DNA of 64,000 nucleotides from Yoonia sp. (GTDB lineage Bacteria; Pseudomonadota; Alphaproteobacteria; Rhodobacterales; Rhodobacteraceae): NCBI GenBank assembly GCA_029250945.1, contig JAQXEG010000011.1, positions 38,727 to 102,726 of the forward strand, read 5' to 3'. Shown piece by piece: positions 1 to 9,104 of this stretch (position 1 is its first letter; each line of letters starts with the position of its first letter). The notes under the pieces were generated by a model. It saw only the letters and a program-made list of their open reading frames with translations, ran no database searches and was not told where the DNA came from. The position numbers and the translations under genes were made by a program.

Positions 1-180
1 AATACAATCACCGCGTGTTGCCGCGCAAATGGCCTGCCAGAGCCGGACGGCTTAACCGCGTAAATCATTGGTTTTAAATTATATTCAGTGGGAAAAAATT
101 CTATTTTTGCCCCTATCGCCAAGACCTGAAAAAGCTACCAATATCAAAGTGGTATTTATTTCGGGTTTTGGTGATTTTCT

Positions 181-960
181 GTGGTTGCGTTTTTTCAGCA
201 GTATTTTGCAACAATTTTTGAGCGCCGTACGGCGTTGATCACCGGCTTGGTGATTTTGGGGTTTGTCGTGCTTGGCCTCTTTGGCACGTTCGGCAAGCTC
301 AGCGTGATTGAACGGGTTTGGTTCTGGACCCCGCTTTGTTTGATTGCCGTCGCGACTAGTGCGCTTGTGCATCAGATCACAACACAGTTCTTTGCGGCAG
401 TCGGGCCTCGGGTTAAGTTGTGCTTATTCGGGCTTGGTTTTGTGTTGCTGTATTCGCCGATCATTTTCCTTATCAGTGAAAACCAAATCCTGACAGACGA
501 GATGCCGACAATGCCGTTTTGGCAGATCATCCTGACTATCGCGGGCTTTGCGTTTACGTTTGGTTCGTTGCTGCCTTTGTTGACGCCGCCAGCGGTGACG
601 CAGTCAGCCGAAAACTTGCCAAGGATTTATGCGCGCTTGCAAGATATTGGTGGTGCGCGCGTGGCGCGATTGTCGGTCAGCGATCACTATACCAATGTGT
701 ACCTGTCGGACGGGCGCACGCAGCGGTTGTTGATGCGGTTTGTGGACGCTGTGCGCGAGATGGACGATACCCCAGGATTTTGCACGTATAGGTCGCATTA
801 GGTTGCCGCAGCCGAAATCGTCGAAGGGCACAAAGTCGGGCAAAAGGAATGGCTATCGCTTAGCTGTGGCGCCCTTATTCCTGTTAGTAAAACCTACCGC
901 CAGAGCGCCGTTGACGCGGGCTATCTTGGACAGGAACAGGGATCGCGCGCGGTCCGGTAA
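181..960 (+). pseudogene. LytTR-domain membrane protein interrupted by an in-frame TAG at 799-801
   Basis: ORF 181..801 has a hydrophobic N-terminal half and then ...SVSDHYTNVYLSDGRTQRLL...FCTYRSH*. The same frame continues after the TAG as VAAAEIVEGHKVGQKEWLSLSCGALIPVSKTYRQSAV... to TAA at 958-960. The stop sits where this family carries the Trp of HRSHW (TGG->TAG). Confidence 0.75.
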
Positions 961-1615
961 GCACCGCAATGGGGCGCGCGCCAAACAGTGTGCGCACGGC
1001 CGGATCGGTCGCAGAAAGCCCGCCGGTATAGGTGCCAAACGCGGGCATGATCAGCCGTGTGTCATCATAGACAAAGCAGGCGCGCGCGGCCCCGCCACCG
1101 GGAATGCCGTATTTCGGGTGGTAATGTCCCGAAACCTCTTGCGGGTCTGCGGTGGCGATATGCCGGAACATCAGGTTATCGGTTCTGTATTCCCACAGAT
1201 GGCTGCCGCTGATCGCCACGGGGCCTGCGTCGTGGTTACCCTCGATCCAAATCCATTCGCGACCTGCTTGCATTTGGGCAAGTTGGCGGGTGGCGGGTTC
1301 GCTTAGCTCTTCGGCGGCGCGCAGGTCGTCAAAACTGTCACCAAGGCAGATGACACGTGCTGGGTACGTCGCCGCAATCTCTTGGGCCAATCGTGCCAAT
1401 GTGTCTGTGGTTTCATAGGGTGGTAAAAAGTAACCTGATCGCCGTGCAATCCGCCCCGATTTGCCAAGGTGTAGGTCGGACACGCACAAGGTCCGCGATG
1501 GTGCGATCCACAAACAGCCGCTGGGGCGGGCGACGACATCAGAGCCGCAAAAGGTGAACGCATGTCCGGTCATAGTGTTGTCGTGGCGGGAAATTGGGCG
1601 CGGATCAAGGGCCAA
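884..1615 (-). CDS. pdeM: ligase-associated DNA damage response endonuclease PdeM (metallophosphoesterase)
   Basis: 243 aa. Motifs CVSDLHLGK, ICLGDSFDD, EGNHD and SGHYHP. Its start overlaps the 3' end of the Lhr-type helicase gene. Confidence 0.85.
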   Translation of the reverse strand: MALDPRPISRHDNTMTGHAFTFCGSDVVARPSGCLWIAPSRTLCVSDLHLGKSGRIARRSGYFLPPYETTDTLARLAQEIAATYPARVICLGDSFDDLRAAEELSEPATRQLAQMQAGREWIWIEGNHDAGPVAISGSHLWEYRTDNLMFRHIATADPQEVSGHYHPKYGIPGGGAARACFVYDDTRLIMPAFGTYTGGLSATDPAVRTLFGARPIAVLTGPRAIPVPVQDSPRQRRSGGRFY

Positions 1616-4016
1616 TATCGCGCAGGCCCGAATCGTGCATCAGCGTTTCGGCAGCATCGGCAAGCAACCGTTCGCGCCCTTCGCCAGCAATAGGGACCCG
1701 TCCCATTTCCAGCATCATAGGCGCTGCAAGGGGGGACACGCGGGTCAGCTGCACGTGGTCAACGCGGCCCTTGGTGCGCTCGATCATTGCCTCGATCCGG
1801 CCAAAATCGACAAGGCCGCGCATCGCTTCTTCGTGGGTGATCTGCATGATCAGGTGGTCGGGGTCATATTTCTGCAATGTATCGTAAAGGATATCGCTGG
1901 AAAATGTCGCCTGACGGCCCGATTTACGCGCTTGCGGGGAGTTGCGTTCGATCAGCCCCGCGATCGTGGCGGATGCCCGAAAGGTGCGTTTCATTACTGC
2001 ATTTCCAGCAAGCCATTGGGTCAGGCCGTCGCGCAACGCGCCCCCTTGTAGCAATGTGGCGGGATCGGTCACAGGCTCTAGCCCCCAGATCAACGTGGCG
2101 TAATCGGTCGCTACGAACCCAAGTGCCGCAAGCCCCGATTGTTCCATGCGTTGTGTCAGCAAAAGGCCAAGCGTCTGCTGCGCGTTGCGCCCCGCGAACC
2201 CGTAAAAACAGGCGTAATGCCGGTCACGGTATTCATAGCTTTCGACAAGGATCCGGTCCGCCTCGGGCAGTTTTGACACCTCTGTCTGCAGCGTCAGCCA
2301 ATCGGCGGTGTGGTCGGGCAGGGCGGGCCAGCTATCTTGGCGGAACATGTCCAACACCCGTGCCGACAGCTGTGTGGATGTCGCAAATTTTTTGCCCATG
2401 AAGGTCGCGATTTTAGGTGGTTTATCGGCGCGGCGGGTGACCTGCACGGTCAGTTCGCGCAGCCCCTCGTACCGGACGATTTCACCGCCGATCAGGAATG
2501 TATCGCCTGCGGTCAGGGTCGCGGCGAACCCTTCCTCAATCTCGCCAAGGGGTTTGAAATTCCCCTTCAGCCGCACCTTCAGCGTGTCGGTGTCCTGGAT
2601 CGTTCCGATATTCATGCGGATACGTTGGGCGCTACGTGGGTCGCGCAGTTGCCAGTCGCCGTCGGGGCGTTGCAGCAGCCGTTGCCATTTGTCGTAGGCG
2701 CGCAGCGAATAGCCACCTGTGGCGCAAAAATCCAGACAATCATCAAACGCGGCGCGGGTTAGATCGCTATAGGCGCCTACGGATGTGACCTGTGCGAACA
2801 GATCATCGGCGTTGAATGGTCCCGCGCAAGCCGCGATCAGGATATGTTGACACAGCACATCGCGCGGTCCTGCGCCCCGTGGATCACCGTCAAGATCGTG
2901 GGCTTTCGCGGCCTCAAGTGCGGCGACACATTCCACCACCTCAAACCGGTTTGCAGGTACCAAAAGCGCCTTGGACGGGGCGTTATAGCGGTGATTGGCG
3001 CGGCCGATCCGCTGCACCAGACGTTTCACGTTTTTGGGCGCACCGATCTGGATGACCAAATCAACATCCCCCCAGTCGATCCCCAAATCCAGTGTGCCTG
3101 TGCAAACAATCGCACGCAGATCGCCACGCACCATCGCGGCCTCCACCTTTTCGCGTTGGGCGCGGTCAAGGCTGCCGTGGTGGATGCCGATGGGCAGGCT
3201 GTCCTCATTTGCCAGCCAAAGGTTGTGAAAATATAGCTCGGCCTGCGCGCGCGTGTTGTGGAAAATCAGCGTGGTTTTATGATTCTTCACCTGCTCAAGC
3301 ACGGCGGGGATACTGTATTTCGCGCCGCCGCCGGACCATGGCGGTGCCTCGGCCGTGGTGAGCATTTGGATGTCAGGGTCAGGGCCGGGATCAGCGTGCA
3401 GGATCGGACAGGGGTCGGGATGTCGCGCCAACAAATGGGCAATCGCAGCGGGATCTTCGACCGTTGCGGACAGGCCAACGCGGCGCATGTCGGGGGCAAT
3501 CGCCTGCAACCGGCTGAGCGCAAGCATGAGTTGATCGCCACGTTTGCTTTCGGACAGGGCGTGGATTTCGTCAATGATTACGCGTTGCAATCCCGCGAAC
3601 ATACGCGGCGCGTCCTCGTAACTGGTTAATAGTGCGAGGCTTTCTGGTGTCGTCAGCAGGATATGCGGCGGGTCGGCGCGTTGGCGGCGTTTCTTGGTAT
3701 AGCTGGTGTCACCTGTGCGATCCTCGATCCGGATGGGCAACCGGATATCGTCAACGGGGGTGCGCAAGTTGCGTTTGATATCCGTCGCCAGCGCCTTGAG
3801 CGGAGACACATAAAGCGTGTGCAGTCCCTGATGAGTGCCGTCGGCAAGCTCTGCCAGACTGGGCAAAAATCCGGCCAGTGTTTTGCCACCACCCGTGGGC
3901 GCGATCAGCAAAAGCGCGGGCGCATCTGCACGGTCGAGCATATCGGCCTGATGGGGGTGCACGGACCAGCCGCGCCTCGTGAACCAATCGGTGAACGTAT
4001 CAGGCAGCACCGTCAC
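1605..4016 (-). CDS. lhr: ligase-associated DNA damage response DEXH-box helicase (Lhr-core type)
   Basis: 803 aa. Helicase motifs APTGGGKT, DEIH and QRIGRANH. The GTG start overlaps the upstream stop (GTGA). Confidence 0.9.
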   Translation of the reverse strand: MTVLPDTFTDWFTRRGWSVHPHQADMLDRADAPALLLIAPTGGGKTLAGFLPSLAELADGTHQGLHTLYVSPLKALATDIKRNLRTPVDDIRLPIRIEDRTGDTSYTKKRRQRADPPHILLTTPESLALLTSYEDAPRMFAGLQRVIIDEIHALSESKRGDQLMLALSRLQAIAPDMRRVGLSATVEDPAAIAHLLARHPDPCPILHADPGPDPDIQMLTTAEAPPWSGGGAKYSIPAVLEQVKNHKTTLIFHNTRAQAELYFHNLWLANEDSLPIGIHHGSLDRAQREKVEAAMVRGDLRAIVCTGTLDLGIDWGDVDLVIQIGAPKNVKRLVQRIGRANHRYNAPSKALLVPANRFEVVECVAALEAAKAHDLDGDPRGAGPRDVLCQHILIAACAGPFNADDLFAQVTSVGAYSDLTRAAFDDCLDFCATGGYSLRAYDKWQRLLQRPDGDWQLRDPRSAQRIRMNIGTIQDTDTLKVRLKGNFKPLGEIEEGFAATLTAGDTFLIGGEIVRYEGLRELTVQVTRRADKPPKIATFMGKKFATSTQLSARVLDMFRQDSWPALPDHTADWLTLQTEVSKLPEADRILVESYEYRDRHYACFYGFAGRNAQQTLGLLLTQRMEQSGLAALGFVATDYATLIWGLEPVTDPATLLQGGALRDGLTQWLAGNAVMKRTFRASATIAGLIERNSPQARKSGRQATFSSDILYDTLQKYDPDHLIMQITHEEAMRGLVDFGRIEAMIERTKGRVDHVQLTRVSPLAAPMMLEMGRVPIAGEGRERLLADAAETLMHDSGLRDIGP

Positions 4017-4801
4017 TTGCGCGGTGACATCTGGCGTAGCATCGCCTGCACGGCGACGGGCAGCGAAGTATCAGCGCCTGCTGGCGCAAGATCAAGACCG
4101 GCGGCCACGTCCTTGACCAAGATGCCGATGGAATTGTCATCGGCGTATCCGTCGCGGGAAAATTCAATGTCGTCAAACCCCGAGGCAAGCCAGTTTTGCC
4201 CCGAAGAGGTGTGGATCAGCGCGCGTAGTTTATCCTCTGGAATGCCAGCGTGATCGGCCCAATCAAGGACCATACGCGTCATTGCGGTTGACGATGCGGC
4301 GAGCAGGTTATTGAGAACCTTGGCCGCCATGCCATCGCCGAATTGCCCCATGATATAAATGTCTTGGCCCATGGTATCGAAGATATGTCGATGTGCATCA
4401 ATGTCGACCATTGCGCCACCAAGCATGAAAGAAAGGGTGCCCGCCTCGGCACGAATTTGTGCGCCTGACATCGGCGCGTCGATCAAGGTGATGTGGGCTG
4501 GTACGCGGGCGCGCAGGTCGCGCACATAGCTGGGGGGCAGGGTGGACGCGATGATGATGGTGCGCAGGTCGGCTGCGTCGATCATGGCCTGATCGGTGAA
4601 CAAAAGCGCGTCGGTTTCGGCGGTATCACGCACCACGGTGATCATGGTGGTCAGCGATTGTTTGAACGCGGTGATCGTGATGTCGTCACCGCGCCCAGCG
4701 ATCACGTCGAACCCTTTTACGTCGATATTTGCGCGGCGCAAGGCGGCCAACATGGGCGCACCCATCCGCCCGCACCCTGCGATTCCGACGATCATAGACA
4801 T
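4013..4801 (-). CDS. NAD(P)-dependent oxidoreductase, 3-hydroxyisobutyrate dehydrogenase family
   Basis: 262 aa. N-terminal Rossmann motif IVGIAGCGRMG and HIBADH-like core (PMSGAQIRAEAGTLSFMLGG, GDGMAAKVLNN). Confidence 0.8.
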   Translation of the reverse strand: MSMIVGIAGCGRMGAPMLAALRRANIDVKGFDVIAGRGDDITITAFKQSLTTMITVVRDTAETDALLFTDQAMIDAADLRTIIIASTLPPSYVRDLRARVPAHITLIDAPMSGAQIRAEAGTLSFMLGGAMVDIDAHRHIFDTMGQDIYIMGQFGDGMAAKVLNNLLAASSTAMTRMVLDWADHAGIPEDKLRALIHTSSGQNWLASGFDDIEFSRDGYADDNSIGILVKDVAAGLDLAPAGADTSLPVAVQAMLRQMSPRK

Positions 4802-4802
4802 G

Positions 4803-4836
4803 CAAAACCCCCCAACCTGAATGCCAAGTTTGGGGG
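4803..4836 (-). terminator. hairpin plus T-run (CCCCCAA..TTGGGGG GTTTTG) downstream of the ATPase gene
   Basis: An inverted repeat read on the minus strand is followed by GTTTTG, immediately before the ATG of the oxidoreductase gene. It lies inside the read-through tail of ORF 4686..5558. Confidence 0.45.
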
Positions 4837-4840
4837 TAAT

Positions 4841-6121
4841 TCAGAACAGGTGCAAGGTGGCGTGCCCAGCGCACGATGTCCTCGTCCTGTACAAACATGT
4901 TGGCCCACGCGCGGTCGATCAGTTTGGGGGTCATCTGGTAGGGGATGCCTTCGAATTCGCAAATTGCGATCATCTGGTCGATCAGGAAAACCGGCTGGTA
5001 GTTGGCATAGACGTTGTCGATTTCAGGATATCGGTTGTTGAGCAAATGCACCAATGTCGCCTCGTCGAGCGGCATCTTTTTCTTGCGGGCGACCATGGCA
5101 ATAATCTTGAGGAAATCAGATTGGGACGGCCCATCAATTTTGATCTTGTAGAAAATCCGGCGCAAGGCCGCCTTATCGAAGATCTTGTTGGGATGAAAGT
5201 TGGTGGAAAAGAACACGAGGGTGTCAAACGGGACCTCAAATTTCTCACTTGATTGCATTGCAAGGATATCTTTGTTTTCTTCCAGCGGGACAATCCAGCA
5301 GTTCACAAGCGTTTGGGACGGATCAATCTGGCGACCAAGGTCATCCACGATGAAGATACCACCCGTGAATTTCAGCTGAAGCGGCGCCTGATAGATGCGC
5401 GCGGTTTTTTTGTAGACAAGGTCCAACATATCCAGCGTCAGCTCGCCGCCGGTGATCACAGTTGGGCGTTCGCAGCGCACGTAACGCGTATCAAAACGCC
5501 CCGCCGTCCGGCGCAGGCTGGTGGGGTCGTCGACGTCCGCCTCTGCCGTGGAATGCACAATCGGGTCATAAACGGTGATGACACCTGGCCGGAATATTCG
5601 ATGGCCCGTGGGACATAGATTTTATCCCCCAAGGCGTCACGAATACCGTTGGAGATGAATGATTTCTCGTTCCCCGGAGGGCCGTACATCAGGATTGAGC
5701 GCCCTGCATCGACCGCAGGCCCCAAGTTTCCAAGCAGGGCGGGTGGCAAAATCAGGTGGCCCATGGCACGACTAAGCTGGTCGTGGGTCATGGCGATATT
5801 GCGGATCGACTGGCGTTTGATCTGTTCGCGGTACATGTCCAGCGGAACTGGCATCGCGCCGAAATATTCGGATTGGGCGAGAGCATCCAATGCACTGGAT
5901 TTGCCGGAATCTGTTAGCTGATACCCCATTTCATTGCCGGATGTCGCGCTAAGGGTGCCGGTTGCCTCAAGCAGCAGTTGCCTGCGGGTGATGTCCACCA
6001 GTTCTTGCGTGACGGGAATGGGCAGGCAAATCACCTTGGCGATTTCCGACACCATATTCACGTTCATGCGAAAGATTGTTTTGATCAAAATATCGCGCAT
6101 CATGGCGATCGGCAGTTGCAT
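4841..6121 (-). pseudogene. AAA-type ATPase flanking the tad locus, frameshifted
   Basis: ORFs 5456..6121 and 4686..5558 are in different frames. They join as ...AIEYSGQV | ITVYDPIVHSTAEADVDD..., with the shift near 5585. Walker A reads GPPGNEKS (Gly->Glu before the Lys). The 3' end is uncertain: the open frame runs through a terminator hairpin into the next gene, and an alternative TGA lies at 4841. Confidence 0.7.
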
Positions 6122-6296
6122 CTAGCCCACGGTTTTCGGCGTCGGCGGGGCCATCACGGTGGTGGTTTGCATGTTCATTTGGCTCTGCCCTTTTGTCTTG
6201 GGCGTCTGAAAAGGGGAGGCCGTTAGGGTCCCGTATCCAACAGGTTTGTGGCTAAATGATGGATAAACCGGCCATGATTTATGGCATTGTTGCTGA

Positions 6297-6787
6297 TTAT
6301 TGCGTCGCTGCCAGCAGCAGATAAAAGACGAATGTCATGCCCCGCGGCAGGCCCATTGGGAACCGGCGGCCTGAATTCCAGCTTTCCCAATGGGGACAAG
6401 GCGGCGTAAGGGGCTGTGTTTGGCAATCCGGTGGGTGACAAATCCTGCAAAAATGCAGGCTGCAAATACCCACATGAGCAGCTGCCAATCACCCAAGGCC
6501 ACAAATGGCGCGGCGGCGGCGGCAAATTTTGCGTCACCCGCCCCCATAACGCCCGCGGCATTCAGCACAAAACCAACGATCAGCACGACAACCAGATGGG
6601 ACCATTGCCACATGTATTGCGGGAACCCAAAGGCGAATAGCCCAAGCACCGCGAACCCTAAAAACAAGGCCATGACAGTCACGTTCGGGATCTTCATCTC
6701 GCGCATGTCATTCCACGCGCAAAACACAGAAATCGGCAATGCGGCGGGCAAAAGCCACATGGCGGTGGTCGGGCTGAGGTCCATCAT
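6297..6787 (-). pseudogene. cpaA: A24-family prepilin peptidase (CpaA/TadV) with a C-terminal frameshift
   Basis: ORF 6335..6787 carries the DMREMKIPN and GAGDAK motifs. The family-typical C-terminus HWESWNSGRRFPMGLPRGMTFVFYLLLAATQ is in another frame (ORF 6297..6488). The shift is at a C/G run near 6392-6395. Confidence 0.7.
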
Positions 6788-6790
6788 GGT

Positions 6791-7648
6791 TTAGTTGGTC
6801 ACGTTGTCTTCGAGCGCGCGCAACGAACGGACGGCCTCTTCGAAATGCTGTGGGTGGGTGTCGATTGCTTCGCGCAAAAGGCCCTTGCCCGTTGTCACAT
6901 CGTTTTGCTTGATCGCAGCCAGCGCCAGTGTGTGCAGCAATTGCGCACGCTCAATCTGCGTCATCGGCACCACGGGAAGGTTGTAATTGCGCTGTGCACT
7001 ACGCGCCAGAACAAGGTTATTTTTGGCGGTGAACAGGCCCGTATTGTGCCGCAAGGCATCGTTGAACAGGCGCTCGGCCTCGGAATATTTACCGCGGGTC
7101 AGCTTGGAATAGCCCCAGTTGTTCAGCACGCTTGCGGGTGTCGTCGTCAGGCCAACGGCGGTCTGATAGAAGCTATCTGCTTTTTCCCACTGTTTTTTGC
7201 TGTCCGCGACCATCGCCTCTAGGCGGTAGCGTTTGAATGTCTCATGCGTTGGCGGAATGGTGTTCAGCGTGGTGGCGGCGGATTCCCAGTTGTTGGTCCG
7301 GATGAATGCATCGGCCAGCTCAACGGTATCATCATGGGTTGCGTCGGCATGTGCGATTACGGCCTGCCATGCGGGTACGGCTTCGTTCGCGCGGCCTGCA
7401 CGGATCAATGATTTGGCAAGTCCACGCTGGAGATCAACCCGACCGGGGTAATTTTTGTTCGCACCGGCGAAATAGTTGACCGCTTCGTCGGGGTCACCGA
7501 TCGTCAGCATCACATCGTTCAGATTTGTTTCGTCCACAACATTCAGATCTTGCAACGCGCGTTCAACCTGTTGTTCGCCTGATTTTTCACAAGCCGATAG
7601 CCCGATTGTCGCGGTCGCGACCAGCGTTAGAATAATAGGGTGGCGCAT
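6791..7648 (-). CDS. TPR-repeat lipoprotein of the tad locus
   Basis: 285 aa. Lipobox LSAC at the N-terminus. TPR-like repeats throughout. Confidence 0.75.
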   Translation of the reverse strand: MRHPIILTLVATATIGLSACEKSGEQQVERALQDLNVVDETNLNDVMLTIGDPDEAVNYFAGANKNYPGRVDLQRGLAKSLIRAGRANEAVPAWQAVIAHADATHDDTVELADAFIRTNNWESAATTLNTIPPTHETFKRYRLEAMVADSKKQWEKADSFYQTAVGLTTTPASVLNNWGYSKLTRGKYSEAERLFNDALRHNTGLFTAKNNLVLARSAQRNYNLPVVPMTQIERAQLLHTLALAAIKQNDVTTGKGLLREAIDTHPQHFEEAVRSLRALEDNVTN

Positions 7649-7676
7649 TTTTTTGCGTCCTTTGCTGCTTTTGCCT

Positions 7677-8234
7677 CTAAAGTGCGGTCAGTAGGACAAA
7701 GTCGCCCGTTCCCCGACGCACCAATCTTACGTTCTCGTTTTGATTAGGAAAATAGGACGGATCGGACAATTGGGCGAGAGATAAGCGCAAGTTCTCTCTA
7801 ATCTGGTCGGAATTGCCGTTATCCGTTGCAAAGGCGTTACGGAAAATGGCTGCGGCTTCGGCGGTTTTGCCCTGTTCTATCAAAATGACGCCAAGGTTGT
7901 TCCATGCGGCAGGAAAGTCGGGCGCCTCTTTCGTGGCGCGTCGCAACAGTTTCTCTGCCTGCCCCAAACGCCCCAACCGCAAGTTGGCGGACCCCAATGC
8001 GGAAAGCGTGTCGACGTTCAGCCCCTGTTGTGATGCAGCGCGGGTATATGCCTTGAGCGCGAGTTCAAATTCACCCGCGGCCATCAAGCGGTGACCGACC
8101 AATAACCCGTCAAGGTCAGATGCCCCCGCCACGCCGGGCGCGAAAACCTGATCGTCTGAACGCCCAAAGCCGCCTGACGTGCAGGCTGCGAGCGTCATAA
8201 GGGCAACCAAGATTAGACCCCAAATTTTGCGCAT
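7677..8234 (-). CDS. TPR-repeat lipoprotein, TadD-like
   Basis: 185 aa. Lipobox LAAC. TPR repeats. Ends with an authentic TAG. Confidence 0.7.
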   Translation of the reverse strand: MRKIWGLILVALMTLAACTSGGFGRSDDQVFAPGVAGASDLDGLLVGHRLMAAGEFELALKAYTRAASQQGLNVDTLSALGSANLRLGRLGQAEKLLRRATKEAPDFPAAWNNLGVILIEQGKTAEAAAIFRNAFATDNGNSDQIRENLRLSLAQLSDPSYFPNQNENVRLVRRGTGDFVLLTAL

Positions 8235-8254
8235 CTAACGGTATCCTTTGGCCG

Positions 8255-9104
8255 TCAGAGGTTTTGTGAGATCGAATAGACCGACGGCCCGATCAAAATG
8301 ATCAGAAGCGGCGGGACCGTCAACATTATCGTGGCCAAAGTCATCTTTGTTGGCAGTTTGTTGGCTGCTTCTTCGGCGCGCATGATCCTTTTGTCGCGCA
8401 TTTCCGGGCCACACACCCGTAGCGCATCGGCGATTGAGGTGCCGAACTGTTGTGATTGCACCAAAACAGTCACGAAGCTGCTGATGTCTTGCACGCCCGC
8501 GCGTTCGGCCATGTCCTTGAGAACGGAGGCTTTGTCTTTGCCAGCCTTCATTTCGTGGCTGAGACCTCAAACTCATACGACAGATCAGGGAAACCTGATT
8601 TCAGCTCCTTGGTAACGCGCAGGATGAATTGGTCCAGCGATTGACCAGCCTCCACGCAAACCAACATCATGTCCAAGCTATCGGGGAACCCGTTTGTGAT
8701 TGCCTCTTGGCGGGATGCCTGACGCCGTGTGACCCAGTATTTCGGCCCCAAATAACCTGCAACCGCGGGGATCAGGATCATCATCAGGCCCTTGCTGGAC
8801 ACGTCGCCCTGCTGCATTTTCAACAATGCATAGGCGCCGCCCAAGACAGCCCAAGAATGCCCAATGTGAACTGGGCCAGATAATACATGCGCACAGCGTT
8901 CTTGGAATGATAGCCGGCTTGCACAAGCTTTAGCTTGATCGTGGAGTATTCTTCAACGTTTTGCGGTTCAAGGAAGTTGGCGTATTTGTCCAGCTTTTCA
9001 CTACGCTGCGCGGCACGCAAACGCTGGCCTTTGGCATTGCCGTCCTTTTCCTTGCGCGGGGCTGCCTTGAGCTTATCAAGCGGATCGTACTGCTTCCTTA
9101 TCAA
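8255..9104 (-). pseudogene. tadC: type II secretion system F family protein TadC, 5'-truncated with two frameshifts
   Basis: Three ORFs in three frames: 8820..9104, 8548..8844 and 8255..8551. They join as ...FTLGILG|LGGAYALLKMQ... and ...YEFEVSA|HEMKAGKDK.... The first roughly 40 codons typical of TadC are missing, so the sequence begins at ...IRKQYDPLDKLK. Confidence 0.8.

Noticed and set aside
85-372. 95-aa minus-strand ORF at the window start
   Set aside because: It overlaps the well-supported LytTR gene start, has no recognisable family and has a basic low-complexity composition. The A/T-rich 1-180 region looks like a promoter or intergenic region.
6125-6178. Possible 18-codon N-terminal extension of the tad-linked ATPase (MNMQTTTVMAPPTPKTVG) separated from the ATG at 6121 by yet another in-frame TAG
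   Set aside because: A stop directly upstream of the first ATG is what an ORF finder produces by construction. I cannot show homology for the 18 residues, so this is not counted as an amber lesion.
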